IMG/VR virus record: IMGVR_UViG_3300047445_000314
Location: 35,207-99,206 of that record
Strand: one strand, 5' to 3'
Source of the DNA: a virus
Length of the DNA: 64,000 nucleotides
Shown here: positions 1 to 8,915 of the stretch, piece by piece
Numbering within the stretch: the stretch's first letter is position 1
How the letters are laid out: every line of letters starts with the position of its first letter
Translations under genes and position numbers: made by a program
The notes under the pieces: model-generated
The model's input: only the letters and a program-made list of their open reading frames with translations
The model's database searches: none
What the model was told of the DNA's origin: nothing

Positions 1-255
1 GTCCGACTTTGAACCCGACGAAGTACACTACACACACCGTATCATGGCCTTGCAAGAAACAGGCGAGGAAGTATTCTACTCGTATGCGACCGAACGCACC
101 GCAGCGCGCAAGATCACCGAAGCGCACAGGCAGCATGTCGAATGGCGTCGCGTATGGTCCGAAGCACTCCCCCGCCATGGCGCACCACGTAGCATCTAAG
201 CGGCGCGCAGGGTCTACTAAGCGCGCTCCCTTCCTTCCATACATTGGAGAACATC

Positions 256-378
256 ATGAAAAACATAGTCGCCCTTGTCATCGCTACCGCATCCGGCGCA
301 ATGATCTACCTTACTGCCTCCGGTATCCATGACAGTATCATCCGGGTTGCGCAGGCAGTCGTTATTGCAGCACACTAA
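256..378 (+). CDS. small hydrophobic peptide (40 aa)
   Basis: Not in the ORF track. RBS GGAGA, then MKNIVALVIATASGAMIYLTASG... read manually. Confidence 0.5.
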   Translation: MKNIVALVIATASGAMIYLTASGIHDSIIRVAQAVVIAAH

Positions 379-400
379 CAATTACAAAAGAGAGAATATC

Positions 401-559
401 ATGTTGCTTACCGCTTGCATTATCTTCGCCCTTATCATGTCCTTACCCGCTATCAATGCGGCGCACGCTCAGCTTGCCATTGTCAAACAGCAGCGCAATT
501 ACGACAGCGAATTGCAGCGCGACAAATTTGCACGCGGCAAGTTGCACGAGGAAAAGTAG
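401..559 (+). CDS. small protein with N-terminal hydrophobic segment
   Basis: In-frame ATG at 401 within ORF 329..559, after a purine-rich RBS; MLLTACIIFALIMSL. Confidence 0.5.
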   Translation: MLLTACIIFALIMSLPAINAAHAQLAIVKQQRNYDSELQRDKFARGKLHEEK

Positions 560-753
560 TTCCAAACGACAATTATCCTATGCTCGGTATTCCCACACGG
601 AAAAATTGAGCATAGGAAATAAAAAATTTCTCATATCGACGGGCGGTGAGCGTTTTTTGTACCTACAGAGTTTTCAACTACCCTTATCAGTTTCTTCTCC
701 CAGTATTCCCTCTTCCCCCAGCCAGCGTCATGGTCTTCTCTTGCACAGTTCAT

Positions 754-870
754 GACCGGGATCACGACCGGGTACGGGTATGCGTTTATGGCCGGGTACA
801 TTGACCGGGATCGCGTCCGGGTATATAGAAAAATTTTGAAAAGGGCTGTGTCTCGGTACTTGGCCGGGTT
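754..870. repeat. CCGGG short-repeat cluster in non-coding DNA
   Basis: gaccgggatcacgaccgggta (754-774) and gaccgggatcgcgtccgggta (803-823), with further CCGGG at 792 and 864. Confidence 0.6.
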
Positions 871-1112
871 GCGCGGAGGTACATGAAAATTTGCGCGTGG
901 ACGTCAGGGCCTGGATGCCGTTGCCTACCGTATCGCTACCTGCTGCGTGTCGTGCTCCCGCCGCTATCAGATTCTTTACTCCGTTACTTCACCGATAATT
1001 TCTACGTTGTTCCTACCTTGCTTTACTACGCTGGCGCGGAGGGCGTAGGATGGGCTATGCGATAATGGGATGTACCAAAAATTCGACGGTTGTCTATTTA
1101 AAGGAGGAGCAC

Positions 1113-1454
1113 ATGATCTACAACAAAGAAAAGATAGAGGCCATCTTGGCGGATGCAGAGACCGGCACCGATGGCGAGGGCCGGTTATTCCTGATACAGC
1201 AAGAGAAGATAGCGGCGCGGCTGGCAGGGATCGGCTTCATGGATACGCTCGACTGGAAAAAATGCGACGTTGAAATGCCGACCGAACTAGGCCAGGCCTA
1301 CTTCGTCGTACGCCAATACCCGAACGGCGTCCTACGTTTGCGCACCTTGCCGTGGCTTGCATCCCTTGATGGTGATGAGCATTTCTACAGCCCTACAGGC
1401 TTAGGCAAGGATATCCTGTGGGCCGAGATACCGGAGATTGAACTACCCTTCTAA
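1113..1454 (+). CDS. hypothetical phage protein
   Basis: Strong RBS AAGGAGGAG before ATG 1113. Confidence 0.75.
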   Translation: MIYNKEKIEAILADAETGTDGEGRLFLIQQEKIAARLAGIGFMDTLDWKKCDVEMPTELGQAYFVVRQYPNGVLRLRTLPWLASLDGDEHFYSPTGLGKDILWAEIPEIELPF

Positions 1455-1464
1455 GGAGCACAGC

Positions 1465-1845
1465 ATGATCAAGGTCAATTACCTACGTCGGCGCAGGGTG
1501 GCCGAGAAGTATCTGGAACAGGAACAGCAGACCGCCGCCGTTACGGCTACCACCTCAGAAGCCCAGGTAGCAGGCTGCACCGGCAAGCAGGGTTACGAGA
1601 CCCGCAGTGACGCCGCGCGCTCACTGGAGCATGTCCGGCATGCCAAGCGGCTGGGCAGTACCACCAAGGTCCGCATCTACCAATGCGCGACGTGTAACAA
1701 GCACCATATCGGTGGCTACATGCCAGCCGTCATGCACAAGACACCGAGGAGGACGCGCCAGGAGTTGCTGGAGGCAGCCATGGCCGAGGTCGAGGAGATA
1801 CGCCAGGATAGCCTGGTCACTAGCGATACGGTAGAAACTACGTAG
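1465..1845 (+). CDS. hypothetical protein with C...CxxC..H zinc-binding motif
   Basis: RBS AAGGAG; GCTGKQGY...IYQCATCNKHHIG. Confidence 0.7.
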   Translation: MIKVNYLRRRRVAEKYLEQEQQTAAVTATTSEAQVAGCTGKQGYETRSDAARSLEHVRHAKRLGSTTKVRIYQCATCNKHHIGGYMPAVMHKTPRRTRQELLEAAMAEVEEIRQDSLVTSDTVETT

Positions 1846-1907
1846 CAGCCCAGCAACAGATATATCCACAATATGTACAAAATAGTTGTACCGAGGACAT
1901 AATGTCA

Positions 1908-1916
1908 TGGTACAAT
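1908..1916 (+). promoter_or_regulatory. extended -10 promoter candidate (TGgTACAAT)
   Basis: AT-rich intergenic gap upstream of 1959; the same TGgTACAAT occurs at 48273. Confidence 0.45.
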
Positions 1917-1958
1917 AGGGACTATTCCCTAGCGTAATCACCAGACATATACCAGCCC

Positions 1959-2669
1959 ATGCAGTTTAACCTCACGTCGGTGGTTTACGGCGTATTTACG
2001 GAGATTATCATGATTGGTTTCAGCTTATCCTTCTGGTTGCCGGGTAACTTCAACACCGGCCGCGCGCTACTCAACTTCCTGCTGTGGCTTTTTGCAATTG
2101 ATATCAAATACGACCCCGACCAGCGCAGCTTGATGCTGGTAGCCCGCTTGACCGGGGTCGAGCTGACCGTACGCATCGCCGGGGTAGACCGGGAGCTGGC
2201 ACCCACTATACACGACGAAAACAGGGTCGATGGGCACCAAAAAGCAGCCGAAGAGTTCATCGAAAACATCAAAAAAGGCGCAGAAAGTAGTCAAAAATAC
2301 GCGGAAAGCAGCCAAAACACCGATAAAAGCACCAAAATACGCGTCAGAGCGGTCGATAACGATGGAAATGTGCGCGCCAGCACAGAAACACACGAAAACG
2401 GAGGCAAAGGAGGGCCAGTCACCGATGCACCGAAATGGGCGCGCGAGCTGATGCGCAAGGGTGCGTCGCTGATCCTGATGAACCGCAACATCGTTGACGA
2501 GCAGGAGTACAGCTTCCGACTACCCATCCCCGCCAGCGCGCTGGCCCTGGAGATCGGCTCGGTGGCGGTATTCGGCACCGAAGACAACCATATCCTGTGC
2601 AAGGTCACCGGCTACCGCGAGGAAGAGGATGACGGCAGGCTATATTACTACACGAAAACTAAGCTGTAA
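1959..2669 (+). CDS. hypothetical protein with hydrophobic N-terminus
   Basis: 236-aa ORF; two hydrophobic N-terminal segments. Confidence 0.6.
   Translation: MQFNLTSVVYGVFTEIIMIGFSLSFWLPGNFNTGRALLNFLLWLFAIDIKYDPDQRSLMLVARLTGVELTVRIAGVDRELAPTIHDENRVDGHQKAAEEFIENIKKGAESSQKYAESSQNTDKSTKIRVRAVDNDGNVRASTETHENGGKGGPVTDAPKWARELMRKGASLILMNRNIVDEQEYSFRLPIPASALALEIGSVAVFGTEDNHILCKVTGYREEEDDGRLYYYTKTKL
2092..2107. repeat. dispersed palindromic motif copy 1 (TTGCAATTGATATCAA), in CDS
   Basis: Match to consensus TTGMAATYRATTKCAA. Confidence 0.8.
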
Positions 2670-2678
2670 GGAGGTAGC

Positions 2679-3032
2679 ATGCCTATCACTCACGAAAAAC
2701 CGTTGACGCTAGAACAGATCGAAACGCAGATCGCCTGTCACAGCAAGGTGGTTCAGAAATGGCGCGACCATCTGGATGAGTACCACCGCAACTCCACGAT
2801 AGCCTGCCCGACCTGCAAGCAGGAGCACAAGTTGCGCGACCTCATCTATCTCCAAACCCACTACTACCATGACCCGGTAGGCTGTATCGGTGGGGATTAC
2901 TGGAGCAACGACGAGGGGCAGGCGGACTGTATCACGCCGGGCTGCAAGGCGCGCTGGCGCTTCTACAACAATCCCGATGTCGTTGCTAAGAAGAAGTATT
3001 TCGGAAAAGTAGTGGACGTCTACGACAAGTAG
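2679..3032 (+). CDS. Cys-rich (zinc-finger-like) hypothetical protein
   Basis: RBS AAGGAGG; CPTC...CITPGC. Confidence 0.7.
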   Translation: MPITHEKPLTLEQIETQIACHSKVVQKWRDHLDEYHRNSTIACPTCKQEHKLRDLIYLQTHYYHDPVGCIGGDYWSNDEGQADCITPGCKARWRFYNNPDVVAKKKYFGKVVDVYDK

Positions 3033-3033
3033 T

Positions 3034-3049
3034 TTGCAATCAACTTCAA
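3034..3049. repeat. motif copy 2 (TTGCAATCAACTTCAA), intergenic
   Basis: Between stop 3032 and the RBS of 3059. Confidence 0.9.
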
Positions 3050-3058
3050 AGGAAAACC

Positions 3059-3274
3059 ATGCTGCGACTTACCTACCATAAAAACCGCAAATTCGTGAAG
3101 GTCGGCGACGCCGTGTATGACACCGAAGACCAGCCCGTCACCGTACGCGAGATTGTCCGGCCCGACGCCGTGCAATGGCCCGAAGGGCGGGTAGCCCTGG
3201 AGTGCGTCAAGACCGGCGTGATCGCCTTGTACGATGTCAGCATTATCCGTGCCCACTGGAAAGAAGAAGCATGA
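3059..3274 (+). CDS. hypothetical protein
   Basis: RBS AAGGA; stop overlaps the next start (ATGA). Confidence 0.65.
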   Translation: MLRLTYHKNRKFVKVGDAVYDTEDQPVTVREIVRPDAVQWPEGRVALECVKTGVIALYDVSIIRAHWKEEA

Positions 3275-3810
3275 AACTCTTTGACTACATCGTCGACCGC
3301 CTGATCGCGCGGGCGCAAAAGACACCCTACTTTACTCTACCCGGCTACATGGAACGTTTCTGGCTAGTACCCTATACCCGCGTCGGCTCGCACAGCGCGA
3401 TGGATGGCGTCGGTCCGGTCTCACCATGGAAGCGCCCGCTCTCGCGCGCCGTCCAGCTCCTCAATATCGCCGCGCGCATCCACCACATCCTGCGCTCCGA
3501 CCTGGACCGCCACATGCACAACCACCCATGGTGGTATGTCACCGTTATCTTGCGCGGCGGCTACTACGAGGTCACCCCGCTATACGATATGTGGGGCGAT
3601 TACGTCTGCGATATCCGCGAATGGCACGGACCCGGCAGCGTCCTGTTCCGGCGCGCAAATTCTCTGCACCGGATAGAGATACCGGCAGGACAGACGGCAT
3701 GGACTTTGTTCATCACCGGCAAGTACAGCAATAGCTGGGGCTTCGCGGAGGACATGGACCGGCCCGACGAGATCACGCCGTACAGAGAGTATCTAGACGC
3801 CAAGAAATAA
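3271..3810 (+). CDS. cupin-fold phage protein
   Basis: RIHHILRSDLDRHMHNHPW...GGYYE...LHRIE His pattern typical of phage cupin-like proteins. Confidence 0.65.
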   Translation: MKLFDYIVDRLIARAQKTPYFTLPGYMERFWLVPYTRVGSHSAMDGVGPVSPWKRPLSRAVQLLNIAARIHHILRSDLDRHMHNHPWWYVTVILRGGYYEVTPLYDMWGDYVCDIREWHGPGSVLFRRANSLHRIEIPAGQTAWTLFITGKYSNSWGFAEDMDRPDEITPYREYLDAKK

Positions 3811-3830
3811 AAGCCGCAAGTAGTCCGATT

Positions 3831-3846
3831 TTGCAGTTAATTGCAA
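3831..3846. repeat. motif copy 3 (TTGCAGTTAATTGCAA), intergenic
   Basis: Immediately before the RBS of 3858. Confidence 0.9.
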
Positions 3847-3857
3847 AGAGGCACGCG

Positions 3858-4193
3858 ATGGACAGTATGCTACACCTCCTTAGAGGGCTGGTTATCCCAG
3901 TATTCAAGCATGTCCACCGCGCGCTCGACCAGCGCCGCAAGCCTGCCGGACACGCGCTGGATGCACGCCTGGTCGCGGCGATCCGCTGGGATTATGAACA
4001 CGGTGCGATGAGCAAATGCGCGGTGGCGCGCAAGTACCGGCTGGTGGTCGGCCGCAACAACGTCCTTGGCATAGTCAATGGGCGGGTCCGGCCGGAAGTA
4101 GTTGCCAAACAGGACGATCTGGCATGGAGCAAACGAACATGGAACAGCGACCCGAGCAGTGGACGGAACATAGTACGAGGAGGGAAGCAATGA
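3858..4193 (+). CDS. putative helix-turn-helix DNA-binding protein
   Basis: AIRWDYEHGAMSKCAVARKYRLVVGRNNVLGIVNGR resembles a tri-helical HTH. Confidence 0.5.
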   Translation: MDSMLHLLRGLVIPVFKHVHRALDQRRKPAGHALDARLVAAIRWDYEHGAMSKCAVARKYRLVVGRNNVLGIVNGRVRPEVVAKQDDLAWSKRTWNSDPSSGRNIVRGGKQ

Positions 4194-4375
4194 ACATCTC
4201 GATGTACAACCCTGATTTCAACCTGCGCGTCAACTGGACATATCTATGGCGCAAGTTGCATTGCCTGAACGCGATGGATCAATGGACCAACTGGGAACGG
4301 CACTACGAGCGCGACGTCGACGCCGGGTACTGTCTTGATCGCTACAACCTGGAGGATGCATTATGGAAGAATTGA
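4190..4375 (+). CDS. hypothetical protein
   Basis: ATGA-coupled to the previous gene, RBS GGAGG. Confidence 0.55.
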   Translation: MNISMYNPDFNLRVNWTYLWRKLHCLNAMDQWTNWERHYERDVDAGYCLDRYNLEDALWKN

Positions 4376-4716
4376 AATCAATTGCAAACGACGAGGAATT
4401 CACACGGCTTTTTCAAGATCTACTCCTGTATGAATCCCCATTCCAGCTCTCGGTGCGTACAGCACTCCTTACTAACTACATCGACCAGCGCACCGCCAAG
4501 CGCATCGAAGAAGAAGTCGAGCGGTATAGCCACACCCGTCGCTGCGTCGACTTGTCCAAGTTGGAAATCCCGCTGACCTTTTGCGGGGAGGACATGGTGC
4601 GCCTCAAGGACGTCGCGACCTTGTGCCAGGATAGTCCGGATATGTTCGTCCTGGATGATAGCCAGCCGCTCTACAAATACGAGCCGCCCAGGCTGGACCC
4701 GGATTGGGGGGATTGA
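4363..4716 (+). CDS. hypothetical protein
   Basis: RBS GGAGG; 117 aa. Confidence 0.65.
   Translation: MEELKSIANDEEFTRLFQDLLLYESPFQLSVRTALLTNYIDQRTAKRIEEEVERYSHTRRCVDLSKLEIPLTFCGEDMVRLKDVATLCQDSPDMFVLDDSQPLYKYEPPRLDPDWGD
4372..4387. repeat. motif copy 4 (TTGAAATCAATTGCAA), in CDS (LKSIA)
   Basis: Consensus match. Confidence 0.9.
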
Positions 4717-4718
4717 GC

Positions 4719-4964
4719 ATGGAAAATTTGAAACCAATTGCATATATCACCCAGCGTGAAGGAGTAAGCATGGATATCGACGAGTACATCCGGGGGCTGT
4801 CCGACGAGGAACTGCGCGAGGCGGTTGTCACGGTCAGGGAGGATTTGGCGGAAGCCGCCGCCGACCATAACGGCTCGGAATGGCACGAGGCCTGCTTCGC
4901 GGCGGCCATGATTGTCGCGCTGGAAGTCGAGCGGCGCGGGATGGTTTTGAACGTAATACACTAG
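4719..4964 (+). CDS. hypothetical protein
   Basis: In-frame ATG at 4719; alternative start near 4770. Confidence 0.6.
   Translation: MENLKPIAYITQREGVSMDIDEYIRGLSDEELREAVVTVREDLAEAAADHNGSEWHEACFAAAMIVALEVERRGMVLNVIH
4728..4743. repeat. motif copy 5 (TTGAAACCAATTGCAT)
   Basis: Two mismatches to consensus. Confidence 0.75.
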
Positions 4965-4973
4965 GAGAGTAAA

Positions 4974-5978
4974 TTGAACGCAGAACAGATCAAGGACGCG
5001 CGTGAGGCATTGGACAGCATGGATGACTACGCGCGCATGGAAACCGGTATTAATGCCATCGGCCCGCGCAATGTATTAGAGGCGTTTATCGCTTCGGCGG
5101 AGGCCACCATTGACGCGTCGGACGATCTGTCTGCGCAAATGGACGCGGCGGAGGAGCGAGCATCCTTGTACGATGACGATCTGCGCGACGCGATCAAGAC
5201 CGATGTGATGAACAGCTTCTACGCGGGGGTGGCCTGGGCGCGCGCAAACCCCCTCCCCGCACCTGTATCTCTAGCCGAGCGGTTAGGCAAACAATGGGAG
5301 GAAAATCGGCAATTCGACCGCGATGCTATCAAGGCAACGCTTACCAAATTGGAGTCCACCTTTCAGGCGCAGCAGGGCTGTCACTTCCCCCTGTGCGAAT
5401 CCCCGGAAGAACAGCAGACTATCGCAGCCCAAGTGCATGCCGAGCTATATACCGGGGCGCAGGATGGTCCGGGTACACCATCCGCGCGCTTAGGCGGCAT
5501 CCTCTCAAGACTGTCGGAGATTTTTCCTGATCTGCACAATCAGTTTGCAGCAGCGCCGCCAGAGATTGCCTATCTTGAGCGAATAGCAGCCCTCCAGTCG
5601 CAGCAGGATATTGCCCATTGCCGTGATATTACAGTGGCATACGCAATCCGGGACTGGTACGCAACGCAATGGCCGGAACGTGATTTTTGTGTCGAACACA
5701 CCGATCTGGTAAAGGCAATTGCAGCCCTCAAAGCGCAGCAGGGATCATGCGACGAATGCGGGAAGAAGCAGGCTGATGGCTGGGCGCTTTACTGCGTTGA
5801 ATGTGGCGCGCTGGCGCAGCAGGGTTGTAGCTTTCCCCTCTGTGAATCAGCGGAGGAACAGCAGCGCATTGCGGCACAAGTACAACATCTACTCTACAAC
5901 GCCAAGATCGAAAACGTGCATTTGCGCGTGCGCGCTGAGAAAGCAGAGGCGGCGCTGGCGGCACGGGAGGGTAAATGA
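4974..5978 (+). CDS. mosaic hypothetical protein with internal repeat
   Basis: TTG start after AGGAG; AQQGCxFPLCESxEEQQxIAAQV occurs twice; CxxC...CxxC segment between the copies. Confidence 0.7.
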   Translation: MNAEQIKDAREALDSMDDYARMETGINAIGPRNVLEAFIASAEATIDASDDLSAQMDAAEERASLYDDDLRDAIKTDVMNSFYAGVAWARANPLPAPVSLAERLGKQWEENRQFDRDAIKATLTKLESTFQAQQGCHFPLCESPEEQQTIAAQVHAELYTGAQDGPGTPSARLGGILSRLSEIFPDLHNQFAAAPPEIAYLERIAALQSQQDIAHCRDITVAYAIRDWYATQWPERDFCVEHTDLVKAIAALKAQQGSCDECGKKQADGWALYCVECGALAQQGCSFPLCESAEEQQRIAAQVQHLLYNAKIENVHLRVRAEKAEAALAAREGK

Positions 5979-6187
5979 ACAACCTTCGATACTACATCGA
6001 TCCCGACCTGCTGGAGAAAGAGAAAGCCATGTACACCGAGGTAGTAATAGGTGGCAACGGCTTCTTTGCAGGCTGCAAGATATATATTGACCCTACGTTG
6101 CCGATCGACACCATTGAATGGCGCGGGGCTAACCGCGTACGCCTGAACATCCGTACAGGCGAAATCACTGTAACGGAAAGGGAATAA
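5975..6187 (+). CDS. hypothetical protein
   Basis: ATGA coupling, RBS GGAGG. Confidence 0.6.
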   Translation: MNNLRYYIDPDLLEKEKAMYTEVVIGGNGFFAGCKIYIDPTLPIDTIEWRGANRVRLNIRTGEITVTERE

Positions 6188-6190
6188 ATC

Positions 6191-6436
6191 ATGACACTCG
6201 ACGACCTGCGCAACAGCTACCCTTACACCGCCTCCCGGCGCAAAACCACGCGCCATCAGTTTGTACTGACCACCGAGCAGCTTTGCCAATTGCGCAAAGT
6301 ACACGAGGACCTGGGCGAAAAGGAGATCAACCTGCACCTGTGGTGGGCGCAGCTAGGGGAGCAACTCGGTTTCAAATGGTGGACCATGAAAGTGGTCACC
6401 GCGCAGCCGCTGACCTTTACGGCGGAACTTAGTTAA
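6191..6436 (+). CDS. hypothetical protein
   Basis: Tightly packed + strand ORF. Confidence 0.6.
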   Translation: MTLDDLRNSYPYTASRRKTTRHQFVLTTEQLCQLRKVHEDLGEKEINLHLWWAQLGEQLGFKWWTMKVVTAQPLTFTAELS

Positions 6437-6506
6437 TTCTCTTTCGGAAAGAACCTGCTTGCCATAAAATACAGGTTCCGACCGAAGTGCATCCCAAGAG
6501 GTTGCC

Positions 6507-6683
6507 ATGAAGAAGTTACTGAATGTCCTGTACCGCGCGAGTCTCCGGGTAGATATGCTGGCGGCTACCGCCACCGATAGCCTCATTGACTGGCTTAACA
6601 ATCCCAGCTCCGACCGCTGGGTCGATCGCTTTATCCTCGGCACCCTGGTGGCTATTGTCACCGTCGTCGCGGTTCTCTGGTGA
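6507..6683 (+). CDS. small membrane protein (58 aa)
   Basis: Not in the track; RBS GAGG; C-terminal FILGTLVAIVTVVAVLW. Confidence 0.55.
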   Translation: MKKLLNVLYRASLRVDMLAATATDSLIDWLNNPSSDRWVDRFILGTLVAIVTVVAVLW

Positions 6684-6690
6684 GACGACC

Positions 6691-6858
6691 ATGAAACCAC
6701 CGCAAAACGGCACCCAGGACGAGTTCAGTGAGGCCTCGCTACGTACCCTGACCACCGCCAAGCCCATGTCCAGGGAAGAACATAAAGCCATCCAGCAACA
6801 ACGTATCAAAGCCCGCCGCGACAACGAGGACCGGGCCATGGAAAGGGAAATAAAATGA
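6691..6858 (+). CDS. hypothetical protein
   Basis: In-frame ATG within ORF 6586..6858. Confidence 0.5.
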   Translation: MKPPQNGTQDEFSEASLRTLTTAKPMSREEHKAIQQQRIKARRDNEDRAMEREIK

Positions 6859-7061
6859 TGCCGATGCCTGCCCCGATCACCACCGCCACCTATTGCCGGG
6901 AATGCGCGAAGCGGCTCACATCGCTTTCCGCAGAGACACACTACGTACGTTGCCGTGGCCGCAACCCATACAACCGGGCATGGGAGACCAAAAATATCCC
7001 CATGCCTTTTTGCGATGCAGCATGTTTTAAGAAGTACCAGCGCAGCGCCGACGAAGATTGA
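6855..7061 (+). CDS. small Cys-rich protein
   Basis: CREC...FCDAAC. Confidence 0.55.
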   Translation: MMPMPAPITTATYCRECAKRLTSLSAETHYVRCRGRNPYNRAWETKNIPMPFCDAACFKKYQRSADED

Positions 7062-7073
7062 AATTGATTGCAA
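7058..7073. repeat. motif copy 6 (TTGAAATTGATTGCAA), overlapping a stop codon
   Basis: Exact consensus; supplies the TGA of 6855..7061. Confidence 0.9.
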
Positions 7074-7089
7074 CTCCAAGGAGAGCAGC

Positions 7090-7389
7090 ATGGACAGCGA
7101 AGAGGGGCGGGGCGGCATACGGATCATCCGTACGCTGGTATGTAGCGGATGTACGATGTGTTGCGTCGCCGACCCAGTTACCGGCAAGCCCAAGCAGAAC
7201 CTGCACTACCTATCCTGCGAGGATATCACCGAGGGTAGCGGTCAGCGCCTGGCCATGACCAATGAGGGGCAGCATAGCCACGCCGAGTTCCTGTTCAACG
7301 CGTATTGGGGTACGCTGGATTGGCATCAGCACGTCAGCCGTATCGTTGCCTCTGAGATATGGCACGCCTCCGCTGATCATCTCAAATAG
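7090..7389 (+). CDS. hypothetical protein
   Basis: RBS AAGGAG before ATG 7090. Confidence 0.6.
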   Translation: MDSEEGRGGIRIIRTLVCSGCTMCCVADPVTGKPKQNLHYLSCEDITEGSGQRLAMTNEGQHSHAEFLFNAYWGTLDWHQHVSRIVASEIWHASADHLK

Positions 7390-7449
7390 CCACCGACGAT
7401 ATATAATTGTTCTATGGGAATCATTGAACATAGACAACCAGGAGATAAC

Positions 7450-7704
7450 ATGCCGACACCCTATTTTTGCAGTAACCGCTCGCGCCCCGACCCGGCGCGC
7501 AAGCTCCTGGTACAAGATGGGTACATCACCGTCCGCGTGGCGGGATTGCACGGAGTCGTTACCTTGCGTCAGCCCAATATGGTTGAGGTAGCGTGCCCAA
7601 ATACTACCGATTGCCAGTATGACCGGAGCGCACTGGATGCGCGCTGCGCAGGCTGTAACAATGCTCCCCATTTGCGCATCCCGCAGCATGAGGTGACAGC
7701 ATGA
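7450..7704 (+). CDS. Cys-rich hypothetical protein
   Basis: RBS AGGAG; CQYD...RCAGC. Confidence 0.6.
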   Translation: MPTPYFCSNRSRPDPARKLLVQDGYITVRVAGLHGVVTLRQPNMVEVACPNTTDCQYDRSALDARCAGCNNAPHLRIPQHEVTA

Positions 7705-8456
7705 GCGAAGACCACGACAAGGCTACCCAGTTCGCCCTGACTTTAGGCGACACGCTCTCGGACAGCACGGTCGCCACGGTGATCGGCGCGGAGTTTCCGT
7801 CGCTCTCCAACGTAGCCAGGACCGACGAGCTGTTCCGTGCCGGGTATGTCTCCGGCAGTCATGATACCTACCTGCAAATCCAGCCGCGCTGCGCCGAGAT
7901 GGGGCGGGTACTGAAAAACATGTATCTGATGCTTCAGAAGATGATCCCGGCGCAGGACAACCTGGAACATCTGAACGACCTGATCGCCTTGCGCTGCGAG
8001 ATCGCAGGCTACCTGGTCAGCGAGAGCGAGAGCATCCTGCTTGCGGCGCGCTTGAAACTGGCGCGCATGTCCGGCGTACCGCAGGAATACGTGGATGGTA
8101 CGGTACTTATCTCCGATATCCCGCCCGACGCCCTGCAAGAGATCGGCCGCATCATGGCCAAAGCCAACCCGCGTAGCTGGTCGATCTTTGCACTGAGTAA
8201 CGGCGAGCAAGGCAAGAATGGCAACCTGACCTACGAGGAGATGCAGCACAATTGCCACAACGGTCGGCAGTACACCATGCCGGACAAGAGCGCCTTTCCC
8301 GAGCAACTAAAACGCTTCGGGGCCGGGCAGGTGCGTCATGTGCGCAAGATGTACCGCGACGTGCAAGCCAGCATGCAGCGCTACCAGGACATCCATGAAA
8401 GCGATGCCAAAGTCGTCACCGACAGCGTTCTACAGCGCGCGGGCCAGAAAGGATAG
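7701..8456 (+). CDS. hypothetical protein
   Basis: RBS GAGG, ATGA coupling; 251 aa. Confidence 0.7.
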   Translation: MSEDHDKATQFALTLGDTLSDSTVATVIGAEFPSLSNVARTDELFRAGYVSGSHDTYLQIQPRCAEMGRVLKNMYLMLQKMIPAQDNLEHLNDLIALRCEIAGYLVSESESILLAARLKLARMSGVPQEYVDGTVLISDIPPDALQEIGRIMAKANPRSWSIFALSNGEQGKNGNLTYEEMQHNCHNGRQYTMPDKSAFPEQLKRFGAGQVRHVRKMYRDVQASMQRYQDIHESDAKVVTDSVLQRAGQKG

Positions 8457-8459
8457 GCC

Positions 8460-8915
8460 ATGCTGCAAGTCGACACAATCGAGAGGATGAAGGGCGGGCA
8501 TTTAGTCAGCCATTATCTCTTATCCTCCTACGCCTACTACCTGATGTCGGCCTCGCCCTTGAGCGACGCCGCCTTCGACCGGCTCTGCGCGCGCCTACTG
8601 CGCGAGTACGACACTATCGAGCATCCACACAAGCACATCATCGACAAGGAACACCTGCAAGCCGGGACCGGCTACTACCTGCGCGACGAGGACTACCCGC
8701 GCATGGTCACCTCCGGCATGGATGCCTATCTCGCCAAGTGTGCCTCCGGCCAGATGGCCAAGGATTTGGAACCGTATCTTCTGCCGACCGGCACCGCCCG
8801 GCCCTCGCCGCGCGTGGCGCGCACCCCCCGGCCGTCCGTAGCACCTGCCCCCGTCGTAGTAATACCCGCACCTGCACCAACTCGTATCCGTCGCACACCG
8901 AGAGGAACATCATGA
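8460..8915 (+). CDS. stand-alone protein resembling NAD+-dependent DNA ligase domain Ia
   Basis: SYAYYLMSASPLSDAAFDRL matches the YY...P.isD.eyD.L signature; Pro/Arg-rich tail. Confidence 0.6.
   Translation: MLQVDTIERMKGGHLVSHYLLSSYAYYLMSASPLSDAAFDRLCARLLREYDTIEHPHKHIIDKEHLQAGTGYYLRDEDYPRMVTSGMDAYLAKCASGQMAKDLEPYLLPTGTARPSPRVARTPRPSVAPAPVVVIPAPAPTRIRRTPRGTS

Noticed and set aside
9-1065. Track ORFs 9..332, 415..609, 456..755 and 883..1065 as real genes
   Set aside because: No RBS and atypical composition; better-supported small ORFs exist at 256 and 401.
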